This document shows, piece after piece, positions 1-11,500 of a DNA stretch of 64,000 nucleotides. Made by a program: the position numbers and the translations under genes. The stretch's first letter is position 1. The number at the start of each line of letters is the position of its first letter. Origin of the DNA: Candidatus Kapaibacterium sp. Lineage in GTDB: Bacteria > Bacteroidota > Ignavibacteria > Kapaibacteriales > UBA2268. Location of the stretch: positions 71,665 to 135,664 of the forward strand of contig CALBDO010000005.1 of NCBI GenBank assembly GCA_937927515.1. The letters run 5' to 3'. The notes under the pieces were generated by a model. It did not search any database. It was not told the DNA's origin and saw only the letters and a list, made by a program, of their open reading frames with translations.

Positions 1-2731
1 TATCCGGTATAGTAACGAATGCTTTAACGTAATCAAAATCAATACCATCGTCGAATAATCTAGGACGTAATCCATTCAGATTTGGTGCGGCAGGAAGTGA
101 TAGGGCAGAGTCTTTGTCTGTTTCTAAATATCCTATCAGATATCCACCAGCGCCATATAGAGAGTATGCGGGCATATCAGTAACTGGTTTCGCTCCACCT
201 CGTCGAGGATGTATTCTCCATCGCTTTTCATCAATGTTACATATATTTGTTATCCCATCATCACTAGGCAAAGCCCATTCAATAGCAATTTCATCGGGTG
301 GATTTGCTGCTGAACCACCGTATTGTGTCCAGACACTAAATACGTCACCATTTATCACTGTTCTTGGTTCCATTCCAATCAATTGATTATCGGACCAACC
401 TCGGTCCCAGCTATCTTGCTTAGTGGCTCTTTGGAATCCTACAGAGATTGTTGCTCCCCTTCGACCTCGTAAGTCGATTGGGAAGCTTCGCAATTCATCA
501 CCTCCGGGCGAAGTTGCTGGTTCCTGTCTTTCGAGGGTTAATCTGTTCATTCGAATTACAGGGGAACGAAGTTTGAATGCGGAGTAGTCGGGAGATGTAA
601 AGTTAAAGTCTTTATTGTTTGTTGCTGAATATTCGCCGCGTGGAGGCAATGGATAATAAGACACCTCGTCGCCACTAGCCACTTCAGCATCGATGTTGAC
701 CCATTTCAACGTACTGGGCATTGGAGTCCTTTCGGCTATATGGAACGATGTCACATCATCGCTAAAGTCGTCGAGTCTCTTCATAACAAAGAGGCGGACA
801 CTCCCAGTATCGTCGAATGGCCAAGAATCGCCCCACCCTTCCTGTGTCCTTGGATTTCTTGGGTCGGCAATGATAAATGCTCGTAGACGACCTATGTAGT
901 TGCTAACAAATTCGTTTGGCTCAAATGGAGTAAAGTATACTTGTACGAACCCATACGGTGGAATACCATTGTATCGATTTGGTCCAGGGAAAGGTTGAGG
1001 GGTGGCAACAAGCTGGTTGTTTTGAATTGCTAAAGTAACATACTGTACTTTAGTATATGGGTCACCCACACAGTTTTCTAATAATGTATCAAGCCATCCA
1101 AGAGCAAGGCAGTTGCTGTCGATTGGGACAAGTGTGTTGTAAACCTTCCTCTCGCTGGCAAGGTTTATAATTTGGAATCGAGCAAAGAAATTAAATTGTT
1201 GCGGTTGGAAATTTACCCCTTGTGGTCCTTGAATGTTGTTCGACAGGTTTTGAAGAATTGCTACCGGTTGGATAGCTCCAAGTCTTTCGTCACCAGCGAG
1301 CAACTCGTAATTATTGACCTTGTTTGCTGGTACTTTTTCTGTGAAGTCAAGTGGGGCATTCGGTTGTGGCTTTCGAATGCGATATTCGATAGCAACCACA
1401 CGACAAGTGTTTTTCCATTGTTTAAATTTTATTGCAAGTCCATTCTTTGGATACGATACATTCGGGTCGGTCATTTTCATAAAGTAGTGAGTATATTGCT
1501 GATATTCGCCAGCCCAGGGATAGGTCGGTCCGCCAGTTTGTCCGTAATTAATGTGCCTTGCAAAGCCAGTTACCCCGACAGTTGTGTTATAACGGAATAC
1601 AACATAAGATGGTACTGCTCGTCCACTAACAACAGCAACACCATCAAATCTTTCATAAACAATGGTTATACTACTGTCTCGCTTATCGAGAATTACCTGA
1701 GCATTGGCAGCGACATAGTTTTGCTCTCCAAAGCGACCATTGGTTGGTGCAGTGAATTGCCCATATGGTGTATTCATCGGGCCTTTGGGAGCAGCATTAA
1801 CAAAGTAAATGATTAACCTATCGGCAGTTGCAGTACGCTTAAAGTAAACCTTGCCAAAATCCTCGGGCATTACAGTAACTTTATTGAACTGAGATAGATG
1901 TAGGTCGCCCCAGAATGGAGCAATTAGAGCTGCTCTGTAACCTGCGATAAAACCAGGTGCGGATGGTCCACCTAAAGCACCACCACGAGCGCGAATTCCT
2001 GCAATCGGATTTGTTCGGTCGTTGCCAAGAACAACGTATTGATAACCCCAGTTATCAGGTGTGGGGTCATTCAATCCGTCGCCAGCTCGCCCACGAGCAA
2101 ACCAATCCATACTCATTGGGTCGTAAGCAGTGGTCGCACCAGTTGGTATTGTTCTGTTTCCAGCATTGTCGTAAAAATATCTTCGGTTTGTGAGTGCAAT
2201 CACGCCATTCGTAGAAACGTAGAAACTATCGTATCGAATTCCATTGAAGTAAAAGTTAAATCCAATTGGTATAGGTCCAGCGATAGCATCGTCGGTGGAG
2301 TCTGTTGGTTCCTCCCAAAAGTTTCCGTCCGATGGGTATGCTGGGTTGCGGAAGAAACGCAAGCCTTCGTCTGGATTGTTGGTCCAGAAGTCCCTTGGTA
2401 GAATCCTTGGACCAGGAACAATTCGCCGCCACAAGCCAGCTTCATCATTAGTGTCGTAAACCATAACGCTTGGACGCCAGTAATCGGGAGCATCGTCATC
2501 GCTGTCGACGAAATAATAGCCAGTCGAGACAGCTGGTTGGTTAATTGGATTATTAAGCGGGGTGAATGGCATTGGGTAGCTAGTGTTTTGGTAGAATGGG
2601 TTCGGTTCGAAAAGTTGGCTTCTTCTAAGCGGGTCGTCTCCGAGGTCTTTGTTGTCATTTGCTATGGCAATAAAAGAATTGCCAAGCAAGAATGAGCAGA
2701 AGAGAGCCAAAAAGAGAATTCGTTGTTTCAT
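1..2731 (-). CDS. Large secreted protein, N-terminal 910 aa in window; the gene continues past the window start. Hypothetical.
   Basis: My own reverse-strand translation from the ATG at 2731-2729 gives MKQRILFLALFCSFLLGNSFIAIANDN..., which looks like a signal peptide. It runs stop-free in one frame to position 1. The ORF track misses it because there is no in-window stop. It sits 63 bp downstream of the 2794-4494 gene on the same strand. Confidence 0.75.
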   Translation of the reverse strand, partial: MKQRILFLALFCSFLLGNSFIAIANDNKDLGDDPLRRSQLFEPNPFYQNTSYPMPFTPLNNPINQPAVSTGYYFVDSDDDAPDYWRPSVMVYDTNDEAGLWRRIVPGPRILPRDFWTNNPDEGLRFFRNPAYPSDGNFWEEPTDSTDDAIAGPIPIGFNFYFNGIRYDSFYVSTNGVIALTNRRYFYDNAGNRTIPTGATTAYDPMSMDWFARGRAGDGLNDPTPDNWGYQYVVLGNDRTNPIAGIRARGGALGGPSAPGFIAGYRAALIAPFWGDLHLSQFNKVTVMPEDFGKVYFKRTATADRLIIYFVNAAPKGPMNTPYGQFTAPTNGRFGEQNYVAANAQVILDKRDSSITIVYERFDGVAVVSGRAVPSYVVFRYNTTVGVTGFARHINYGQTGGPTYPWAGEYQQYTHYFMKMTDPNVSYPKNGLAIKFKQWKNTCRVVAIEYRIRKPQPNAPLDFTEKVPANKVNNYELLAGDERLGAIQPVAILQNLSNNIQGPQGVNFQPQQFNFFARFQIINLASERKVYNTLVPIDSNCLALGWLDTLLENCVGDPYTKVQYVTLAIQNNQLVATPQPFPGPNRYNGIPPYGFVQVYFTPFEPNEFVSNYIGRLRAFIIADPRNPRTQEGWGDSWPFDDTGSVRLFVMKRLDDFSDDVTSFHIAERTPMPSTLKWVNIDAEVASGDEVSYYPLPPRGEYSATNNKDFNFTSPDYSAFKLRSPVIRMNRLTLERQEPATSPGGDELRSFPIDLRGRRGATISVGFQRATKQDSWDRGWSDNQLIGMEPRTVINGDVFSVWTQYGGSAANPPDEIAIEWALPSDDGITNICNIDEKRWRIHPRRGGAKPVTDMPAYSLYGAGGYLIGYLETDKDSALSLPAAPNLNGLRPRLFDDGIDFDYVKAFVTIPD

Positions 2732-2793
2732 TGATTGTACCTCATAAAATTGTTTAACATAACAAATTGATTTAATAAAAACAACATAATTAA

Positions 2794-4494
2794 TTATCGT
2801 TTGAATCTCCAACCTTTGTCTTCGTTTTCGAAAATCCAAGCCACGATTTTGCCTTCGGGTAGATTTTCGAAATTGTCCCAATACTGCAATGTATAGTTAT
2901 AACGGCTACTTGTATCGTTGGTGTTTTGTGATTCAATTTGAGAAATTATGGCATTCAATCTGTTCTTCCATAGTTCAAAATTTTTACTTCGCAAGTCTAT
3001 CCATCCTTCCTTGCACCATTTTTCTATATTCTCTGTTGTCAATTCCACTTCTCGAAGTCCGTCTTGTTTAGGAATTTTAACTTCTTTACCTCGTAAATAA
3101 TTTTTTCCATCTGGCAAAAGTATTACCAAACCTATTGATAACATTTGAGAGCGCAATTTAGTATTTTCTTTTATTATTTTAAATGCTTTTTGAGATAATT
3201 CCTCGGGAGTAAAATTAAGTACATTTTTTATGCTACCAGCTATGAGCTTCAATAGGTTAGCTTCGTAGAGGAGTTTCGAGAGTCTTGGGGGGCCTAAAAG
3301 TTCGAAGGCAATACTTTCTACATTATTTTCTTTTTCCAATGTAATAAGTTGTTTGACAGCATAATTTTGTAAGAATCCACCACGATATGTTGGTCCAAGG
3401 GCAAATGCATCCAAACCTTGAATAATATCTTTACCAGTATTACCCCCGATTATTTCAAAAATAGCATATGCAGCAATTTCTTCAGGTGTAACTATTTCCA
3501 TTTGACCAAGAGCGCTTATTGCTTCGAATTCACCACGAGAAAATATACCATTTTCTCCAGTGTCGATGTAGACAGATTTGAATACATCGGAGGTTTCAAT
3601 TATACCATCAGTATCAGAAAATACAAATGTTTTATCGATAGTCTTTGCATTTTCCAATGGCATATCTACAATCTGTATAGGTTTACCTTTTCTTATAACG
3701 TTTCCGTAGGCTATTCTCTTCCATGCAATAGCAGCCGTGGGCTTAATTTCTTTGATAAATGGTCCACCGGGTGTTCTTGCCATGAGATATAGTAATAATG
3801 TTTGTGCTCCAGCCACTGCAGATTTTGCCAAAAGGACTCTCGATGGTCTTTCTTCGCTGTGGGTGTAGGGAATGTTCAAACCCATACCGCCGGTACCACT
3901 AGTTCCAATTTTTACATACATACTTACTTTAAAGTCGCAAAGAGCGTTGTAAAGAATTTGAATGTGTCGAATTAATTGAGGGATATAAATACTTGAAATC
4001 AATCTTTCAACAATTTCAATGTTAAGCGTGTTATTGGAAATAGAGTTACGCACAAAGTTGACGCTCTTGTAAATATCTTGGTACGCAATAGCAGTAGCAG
4101 TATTGACACAGTCGATAACAACGTCGGGTTTACATTCTTGAATTAAGGTGTACAATGCAGAGTTTTTCAAAATTTCTTCGTCAAGTTCATTATAAATATC
4201 GTCGATTGCCATTGTGCGATAAGTTGGATTGCCGAGTACTTCGTTCCAGTCTAAATCTTTCCATTCATTGCGAGCGAAGATATTTCCCCATTTAGCTTCG
4301 AATATGTTTGAGTCGAGATGTGGGAATTCGCTTTGTAGTTGTTGAACAGCTTCATCTGCTTCTGCCTTGCGGAGCGACGAAACGAAGATTTTGGCTGGAT
4401 GGTATTTAATTAATTCCCGACAGATTGCTGAACCAACAAGTCCCCATCCCCCGAGCACTAAAACTTTCTTACCAGTTAATTCCATAATTTTCAA
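2794..4494 (-). CDS. NAD(P)-binding Rossmann-fold protein with a ~400-aa uncharacterised C-terminal region
   Basis: 566-aa ORF. The N-terminus VLVLGGWGLVGSAICREL is a GxGxxG-type dinucleotide-binding motif. I cannot place the rest in a known family from memory; it may be saccharopine-dehydrogenase-like. Confidence 0.65.
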   Translation of the reverse strand: MKIMELTGKKVLVLGGWGLVGSAICRELIKYHPAKIFVSSLRKAEADEAVQQLQSEFPHLDSNIFEAKWGNIFARNEWKDLDWNEVLGNPTYRTMAIDDIYNELDEEILKNSALYTLIQECKPDVVIDCVNTATAIAYQDIYKSVNFVRNSISNNTLNIEIVERLISSIYIPQLIRHIQILYNALCDFKVSMYVKIGTSGTGGMGLNIPYTHSEERPSRVLLAKSAVAGAQTLLLYLMARTPGGPFIKEIKPTAAIAWKRIAYGNVIRKGKPIQIVDMPLENAKTIDKTFVFSDTDGIIETSDVFKSVYIDTGENGIFSRGEFEAISALGQMEIVTPEEIAAYAIFEIIGGNTGKDIIQGLDAFALGPTYRGGFLQNYAVKQLITLEKENNVESIAFELLGPPRLSKLLYEANLLKLIAGSIKNVLNFTPEELSQKAFKIIKENTKLRSQMLSIGLVILLPDGKNYLRGKEVKIPKQDGLREVELTTENIEKWCKEGWIDLRSKNFELWKNRLNAIISQIESQNTNDTSSRYNYTLQYWDNFENLPEGKIVAWIFENEDKGWRFKR

Positions 4495-4628
4495 AATTTT
4501 TTAAAATAAAATTTTAAAATAATAAATTTTTCTATTTTAACAAAAGATTAATTTTAACGACGATGCTCTAAATTTTCAAAGAACTTTTTTCAATTTTACT
4601 TTTTCTTAAAGATATAAACACATAAAAT

Positions 4629-5984
4629 TTAAAAAAGTCGCATTTCTTTGAAAAATTTTTTGTGGTAGTTGTAAATTATTGTACTACAAGGGCTACCATC
4701 GACAAATTTTACAACAAAATATAGACCATCTGAGAAATTTTTTAAACTTAGCCACCTCTGAAAATCTTGTTTATCATATCTTCCAATTTCTTTGCCTAAT
4801 AGGTCGTACACACGAATTTCATCAAAGTCGCATTCGCGTTTGTGATAATTAGTCTCAACTTGCAAACTTAACTCTACCTCAAATTTGGTTATAAAACCAT
4901 CAGACCCAAAACCAAGGATTACTACATTTGTCCAAAATATTTCAGGAAGTAAGCTTTCATTCCAGTATTTAAAAAATTTAACTGATAGGATTTGTTTACC
5001 GACGCTGTGGTCTTCGTATTTCCAAGATTGCCCGAAATCATTGCTTCTAAGCATCTTTCCGTTGTCAAAAGGAATTATGATAGTTCTGTCAATTTCGGAG
5101 ACAAAAATTCCAAGTGGCTGGCTTGTAGTTTGTTCTGCGTATATTTTGGTAAAATTTTGTTCATCGGGATTGGATTCAAATATTGTGAGTGTGTCGTCGA
5201 TAAAACAAATGACAAACCCTAACGGGAAGTTGTTTTCGATATTCCATTTGTAAAACCAAAAGTCAATCACTTCGGTACATTTGTAGTTGCTCCCAAAATC
5301 ATACAGTAATTGCCAATCTTTGAAAATTGGATTTGAATAATAAATCGTCTGGGTTTTCATAAAAGATTTCCCACCTAAAAGAAAACCCAATGTTGTGTTT
5401 CCTTGGTCAGTCTCGAATGAAAACTTTTTTAACTTAATGAAAACTTTAGAGGGGTCGACAACTATTTGTTCCCATTTTTGCTCATATTTGTCATAAAGAA
5501 AAACTGAGCCCCCGTAACCAGTAGTTAGGATTTTAAATGAGTCCTCTACACAGTCAAATAGATTTTTAGAATATGGGAAATTTTCTCCATCGAAAAAGAA
5601 AGAGGTGAGTTGGTTTCCATTTAGGTCGAAAATTTTTACCTCAGCATTGTCAAATAAATAATTGTAGCCACACACAAACAATTTATCAGTATCAAAAAAT
5701 TCTACTGAGAATGGAAAAAATACTTGAATTTCATGAACATCCCAGTTTTTTCCACCATCTTTGCTAATGAACAATGCACCATTGGTTGAACTCCACCCAA
5801 CAGCTGCCATTGTATCCGTTAATTTGTTTAAATCGTTTCCCTCGAGTAGTACATCTTTATTTTTTAAATCCACAGAGTAGATTTTTTCTTTTCGATTTCG
5901 AATGGAGATATCTTTCCAATCTGAAATACCAGCAATCGGTGTTAAGCAGATGATTAGCGAAATACTTAATACAAGCCTTTTCAT
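4629..5984 (-). CDS. Secreted BNR/Asp-box repeat protein with a T9SS C-terminal sorting domain
   Basis: N-terminal signal peptide MKRLVLSISLIICLTPIAG. Asp-box motifs SKDGGKNWD and SNDFGQSWK. The C-terminal ~70 aa (IRVYDLLGKEI...LKNFSDGLYFVVKF) fit the Por_Secre_tail pattern. Confidence 0.7.
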   Translation of the reverse strand: MKRLVLSISLIICLTPIAGISDWKDISIRNRKEKIYSVDLKNKDVLLEGNDLNKLTDTMAAVGWSSTNGALFISKDGGKNWDVHEIQVFFPFSVEFFDTDKLFVCGYNYLFDNAEVKIFDLNGNQLTSFFFDGENFPYSKNLFDCVEDSFKILTTGYGGSVFLYDKYEQKWEQIVVDPSKVFIKLKKFSFETDQGNTTLGFLLGGKSFMKTQTIYYSNPIFKDWQLLYDFGSNYKCTEVIDFWFYKWNIENNFPLGFVICFIDDTLTIFESNPDEQNFTKIYAEQTTSQPLGIFVSEIDRTIIIPFDNGKMLRSNDFGQSWKYEDHSVGKQILSVKFFKYWNESLLPEIFWTNVVILGFGSDGFITKFEVELSLQVETNYHKRECDFDEIRVYDLLGKEIGRYDKQDFQRWLSLKNFSDGLYFVVKFVDGSPCSTIIYNYHKKFFKEMRLF

Positions 5985-6000
5985 TGTTTTTATCTAACAA

Positions 6001-6498
6001 CTAAAAAGCAGTTTTTTTGAAACGTGTGTCGAGATTTTTCCTTCTCGACTCTTCAGCAATTTTTTCTTTAAACTCATCTAGGTCATAAGCTAATGTTTTG
6101 TCCACAAGAGAAAGGATTTGAACTGCAAGGATTCCAGCGTTTTTTGCTCCGTTGATGGCAACCGTTGCGACTGGAACTCCCGAAGGCATCTGCACGATTG
6201 AAAGCAACGAATCGAGACCGCCTAGGGATTTGGTTTGTATTGGTACTCCTATTACAGGCAAGGTTGTGTAAGCAGCGCAAACGCCAGGCAAGTGAGCAGC
6301 GCCCCCAGCTCCAGCTATAATCACCGATACACCATTTTCTCTAGCTTTGGAAACGTAATTGTACACATCGAGTGGGGTTCGGTGAGCGGAAGCAACAAAG
6401 ATATCGTAGTCTATCTTGAAGTCCGCCAAAACGTCGGCAGCTTGCTTCATTATCTCGTAGTCGGAATCGCTTCCCATAATAATTGCAACCTTTGGCAT
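6001..6498 (-). CDS. purE: N5-carboxyaminoimidazole ribonucleotide mutase
   Basis: MPKVAIIMGSDSD...AGGAAHLPG is the class I PurE signature. I chose the internal ATG at 6498 over the track's upstream start. Confidence 0.9.
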   Translation of the reverse strand: MPKVAIIMGSDSDYEIMKQAADVLADFKIDYDIFVASAHRTPLDVYNYVSKARENGVSVIIAGAGGAAHLPGVCAAYTTLPVIGVPIQTKSLGGLDSLLSIVQMPSGVPVATVAINGAKNAGILAVQILSLVDKTLAYDLDEFKEKIAEESRRKNLDTRFKKTAF

Positions 6499-6702
6499 AA
6501 TTATATTCCAAAAAATATTTAACATTGAAACATACAGCAAATTTACTAAACTTTTGCAAAAATTTATAATTAAAATTAATTTAGCACAGTGATACAAAAA
6601 TTTGTTAACTATTAGCCGAATTTAGCTGGTTTTGACTAATGTTAAAAAATAATAAAGACACTATATTTTCGTTTCTAACAACTGTCTAATTGAGAAGGAA
6701 CT

Positions 6703-7659
6703 ATGAGCAACATCATAGATAAAATAATTCAACTAAAAAAAGAGAGAAATGCAATAATCTTGGCGCATTATTATCAAGAGCCTTCTATACAAGACATTGC
6801 TGACTTTCTTGGAGATTCTTTAGCACTTGCCCAAGCAGCTCAGAAAACCAATGCCGATGTAATTCTTTTCTGTGGGGTTCATTTTATGGCAGAAACTGCC
6901 AAAATTTTAAATCCTGATAAAATTGTACTGATGCCAGATTTAAACGCTGGTTGCTCCCTTGCTGATAGTGCACCAGCCGACAAGTTTAGAAAATGGGTCG
7001 AAGAGCATTCTGGGCATGTTGTCATCTCTTACATAAATTGTTCTGCCGAAGTCAAGGCTCTTTCCGATATCATATGCACTTCCAGTAATGCTGAAAAAAT
7101 TATTCGTTCGGTGCCAGAAGATAAACCAATATGTTTTGCCCCAGATAAATACTTAGGTTCTTATCTCATCAAAAAAACCGGGCGACAGATGGTTTTATGG
7201 AACGGCACCTGTCAGGTGCACGAGACTTTTTCCGAAAAGGAACTCATATCAATGCAAAGGAAATATCCAAATGCTTTGGTGCTTGCTCATCCAGAATGCC
7301 CCGAGAACATTTTGCATTATGCCGATTTTGTTGGCTCGACAAGTGGAATAATAAAATATGCCACCGAAAGTCCCTCAAAAGAATTCATTATTGCCACAGA
7401 GGAGGGAATAATTCACCAGTTAAAGAAGAAAAATCCCGACAAAATCTTCCATCCTTTACCAAGTCTCAATGGATGTGCATGTAATCAATGTCCTCATATG
7501 CGTGTTCACACTTTAGAAAAGGTATTGTTAGCTTTAGAGAATCTTCAACCAAGAATAGAAATTGATGAAGAACTTCGGTTAAAGGCTCTGAAACCATTGG
7601 AAAGGATGCTTGAATTGAGTAAACAAACTTTGGTGAACAATGCCATTCCTTCCCTATAG
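6703..7659 (+). CDS. nadA: Quinolinate synthase
   Basis: 318 aa with conserved Cys ligands and NadA-like motifs (HYYQ..., CxxC near the C-terminus). It overlaps nadC by 20 nt. Confidence 0.93.
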   Translation: MSNIIDKIIQLKKERNAIILAHYYQEPSIQDIADFLGDSLALAQAAQKTNADVILFCGVHFMAETAKILNPDKIVLMPDLNAGCSLADSAPADKFRKWVEEHSGHVVISYINCSAEVKALSDIICTSSNAEKIIRSVPEDKPICFAPDKYLGSYLIKKTGRQMVLWNGTCQVHETFSEKELISMQRKYPNALVLAHPECPENILHYADFVGSTSGIIKYATESPSKEFIIATEEGIIHQLKKKNPDKIFHPLPSLNGCACNQCPHMRVHTLEKVLLALENLQPRIEIDEELRLKALKPLERMLELSKQTLVNNAIPSL

Positions 7660-8518
7660 ACAGATTGAAAAGTTAGACCCCGACTTCGTCATTGAAAAAC
7701 TATCATACTTTTTATCCGAGGATATACCCGACAAGGATATAACATCAGACATTTTTTTTGCTAAGGATTCATATTCCAAAGCGTACCTTGAAAACGAGGA
7801 GGATATGATTTTGGCTGGTCGACAAATTATCGAGCAGATTACTTATCTTTCTCAGCAACCTATTGAATTACAAGTTCATTTTGACGATGGCGATTTTGTG
7901 CCATCGTACTCAAAAATTATGGAAATTTCTGCTCCAACAAAATTTCTTTTGAAAATCGAAAGAACCCTACTGAATCTTTTGCAAAGGTTATGTGGAATAG
8001 CAACCCACACAAGGAAATATGTTGAGATTGCCGATAAATACAATGTTAGAATTTTAGACACACGGAAGACTACTCCTGGCTTACGGGTATTCGAAAAGTA
8101 TGCTGTTCGCTGCGGTGGGGGCTGGAATCATAGGCTTAATCTTTCAGAAGGGATTTTGATTAAGGACAATCATATCATTGCTGCTGGGTCAATTCCAAAG
8201 GCTGTTGAATTAATTCGAATGAACTACCCATTAGATTTTGTCGAGATAGAAGTTGAAAATTTTAGTCAGTTGCTCGAAACAATCTTGTTGAATGTTGATG
8301 GTATACTTTTGGATAATTTCTCTCCCACGGATGTTAGCGAGGCTGTTGCTTATGCTCGTTCCAAAAAGCCTGATATTTTTATTGAAGCCTCCGGCGGCAT
8401 TACCCTCGAGACTTTGGAAGAATATGCAAAGACCGGGGTTGATGCCATCTCGATTGGTGCTCTAACTCATAGTTCTAAAGCTGTAAAAATGCACCTTGAG
8501 TTCGTCAAGTTATCATGA
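7640..8518 (+). CDS. nadC: Nicotinate-nucleotide pyrophosphorylase (carboxylating)
   Basis: 292 aa with QPRTase motifs (DITS near the N-terminus; RKTTPGLR; IKDNH; SGGI). Its stop overlaps the metH start as ATGA. Confidence 0.9.
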   Translation: MPFLPYRQIEKLDPDFVIEKLSYFLSEDIPDKDITSDIFFAKDSYSKAYLENEEDMILAGRQIIEQITYLSQQPIELQVHFDDGDFVPSYSKIMEISAPTKFLLKIERTLLNLLQRLCGIATHTRKYVEIADKYNVRILDTRKTTPGLRVFEKYAVRCGGGWNHRLNLSEGILIKDNHIIAAGSIPKAVELIRMNYPLDFVEIEVENFSQLLETILLNVDGILLDNFSPTDVSEAVAYARSKKPDIFIEASGGITLETLEEYAKTGVDAISIGALTHSSKAVKMHLEFVKLS

Positions 8519-11500
8519 GCAAAATAGAACAACTTAGGCAAATTCTTTCAGAGAGGATTTTAGTCCTCGACGGTGCTATGGGCACTATGATACAAAAGCA
8601 CCGTCTCGACGAATCTGACTTCCGCAGCAAGCGCTTTTCTAATCATCCAAGAGACCTCAAAGGTAATAACGACATTTTAGTCCTCACGAAACCGGAGATT
8701 ATTGCAGGAATTCATCAGTCCTATCTTGATGCAGGTGCAGATATCATTGAAACTTGTACATTTAATGCAAATAGAATATCTCAAAGCGACTATGGAACAG
8801 AAAATTTGGTTTACGAAATAAACTTCAATGCCGCAAGTATTGCAAAGAAACTTGCACAAAAAAAATCCCAAGAGACCCCCGAGAAACCTCGGTTTGTCGC
8901 TCTGTCTATCGGTCCAACCAATAAAACTCTGTCCCTCTCGCCAGATGTAAACAATCCAGCTTATAGAGCAATTTCTTTCGATGAACTAGTCGAGGCTTAT
9001 TATGAACAAGTACGCGGTGGGGTCGAGGGTGGTGTAGATATATTGCTTATCGAGACGGTCTTCGATACATTGAACGCAAAGGCAGCTATCTACGCCATTG
9101 ATGAGTACTTTTCAAACTCTGGAACAGAGCCCCTACCAGTTATCATCTCCGGAACCATTGTCGACCAGAGTGGCAGGACACTTTCTGGTCAAACAGTAGA
9201 AGCTTTTTACATTTCAATATCTCATTGTAAAAACTTACTTGCCGTTGGATTAAATTGTGCTCTTGGCGCAAAGCAAATATATCAGTTTTTGAAAAGCTTA
9301 TCAAACATATCTGAGGTTTATACTTGTGTCTATCCAAATGCTGGTCTACCAAATGAGTTCGGTGAATACGATGATACCCCAGAGTCCATGGCTTATTACA
9401 TCGAGCAGTTTGCTCGACAAGGACTTGTGAATATAGTTGGGGGATGTTGTGGAACAACCCCAGAACACATCGAATCCTTTGCTAAGGTTGTTTCTAAGCA
9501 TAAGCCGCGGATATTGCCGCCAAAAAGTTTTTACCTTAGGCTTTCCGGACTTGAACCGCTAATCTATACTCCCGAGACCAATTTTTTAAATATTGGTGAG
9601 AGGACAAACATTTCTGGCTCGAAAAAATTTGCTCGATACATCTTGAGTGGCGATTATCAAAGTGCAATAGAAATTGCAAAAGAGCAAGTGCAAAATGGAG
9701 CGCAGGTCGTCGATGTAAACCTTGACGAAGGATTAATTGACAGCGAAAAAGCAATGCGCACGTTCTTAAACTACCTTGCGACTGAACCCGAAATAGCCAA
9801 AGTGCCAATTATGATTGACTCTTCAAAATGGAGTGTAATCGAAACGGGTTTAAAATGCTTGCAAGGCAAAGGCATCGTGAATTCAATCTCTTTGAAGGAT
9901 GGCGAGGATGAGTTTCTACGCCGTGCTCAGAAAATTCTTCGCTATGGCGCTGCTGTTATTGTAATGGCTTTCGACGAAAATGGCCAAGCTGTAACTTTTG
10001 AACATAAAATAAATATATGCAAAAGAGCATACGATATTTTGACACAGAAGGTAGGATTTCCACCTCAAGACATAATCTTCGACCCAAATATTTTGACAAT
10101 TGGCACGGGAATGGACGAGCATAACAATTATGCTGTTGAATATATAGAAGCAACTAGGTGGATAAAAGCAAATCTACCCTATGCCAAGGTTAGTGGTGGT
10201 GTAAGCAATCTTTCATTTGCATTTCGCGGAAATGAGGTGGTTCGCCGTGCTATGCATTCCGTATTCCTTTACCATTCTATTCAAGCTGGAATGGATATGG
10301 GGATTGTAAACCCCGGTCAACTGGATGTTTATAACGAAATTGAACCTCAACTGCGAAATTTAGTTGAAGATTTGATTTTTAATCGTCGTCCGGATGCAAC
10401 AGAACGTTTAATTGAATATGCTAATCAAATAAAGAACAAAGGAAAAATTACTAACGAAGAAGCAGAGGAATGGCGTCGATTAGATGTTCCACAAAGGCTA
10501 AAATATGCATTAATTAAAGGTATAGATAAGTACATTGTAGAAGATTTGAAAGAAGCACTTCAACTTTACAACAATCCTTTGGAGATAATTGAAGGTCCTT
10601 TGATGGAAGGAATGGATGAAGTCGGTTCCCTTTTTGGCTCGGGTAGGATGTTTCTTCCACAAGTAATAAAGTCCGCTCGTGTTATGAAGCAGTCTGTTGC
10701 ATTTTTGGAGCCATACATAAAACAATCGCTTGCGAAGGATTCACCCGCTCAAAAGAAACTTGGAACGATAGTTCTTGCAACAGTCAAGGGGGATGTCCAC
10801 GATATTGGTAAGAATATTGTTGGAGTTGTCTTGTCGTGCAACAATTTTGAAGTGATTGACTTGGGAGTAATGGTGCCAGCGGAGAAAATAATAGAAGAAG
10901 CGAAGAAAAACAATGCCGATATCGTGGGTTTGAGTGGTCTAATTACGCCCTCTCTCGACGAAATGATAAATGTTGCAAGGGAATTTGAAAAAGAAAAAAT
11001 GAAAGTGCCCCTACTGATTGGTGGAGCAACTACCTCGCGTGTGCATACAGCAGTTAAAATAGCTCCCTTGTATTCACAGCCAGTGATTTACGTTCCCGAT
11101 GCATCAAGAAGTGTTCCAGTTGCTTCAAACCTCGTTAACCATGTTCAAAGACAAAGTTTTATTGAAAGCATCAATGCCGAATATTTAGAAATAAGGGAAA
11201 ATTTTCGGAAAAAGAGTGAGTACAATATTATACCCTACGAAAGAGCAAAAGCTAACAAATTTATTTTTGATGAAAAGACTGCGGAAATTGTTGAACCGAA
11301 ATTTTTGGGAATAAAATATCTTGTGAGTTACGACTTAAATGAGATTCGACAATACATCAATTGGACTGAATTCTTCCTTACGTGGGAGATGAAAGCTCGA
11401 TATCCAACGATTTTTGAGCATCCGAAATATGGCGAGGAAGCAAAGAGGCTGTTTAAAGAAGCAAATGAACTTCTCGATATCATAATCAAAGAAGACTTGA

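Noticed and set aside
114-2658. Plus- and minus-strand ORFs listed in the first 2.7 kb (114-386, 693-899, 1172-1816, 1957-2193, 2039-2401, 2200-2658)
   Set aside because: All are alternative-frame or antisense ORFs inside the long stop-free minus-strand gene complement(<1..2731). None has an RBS or recognisable motifs.
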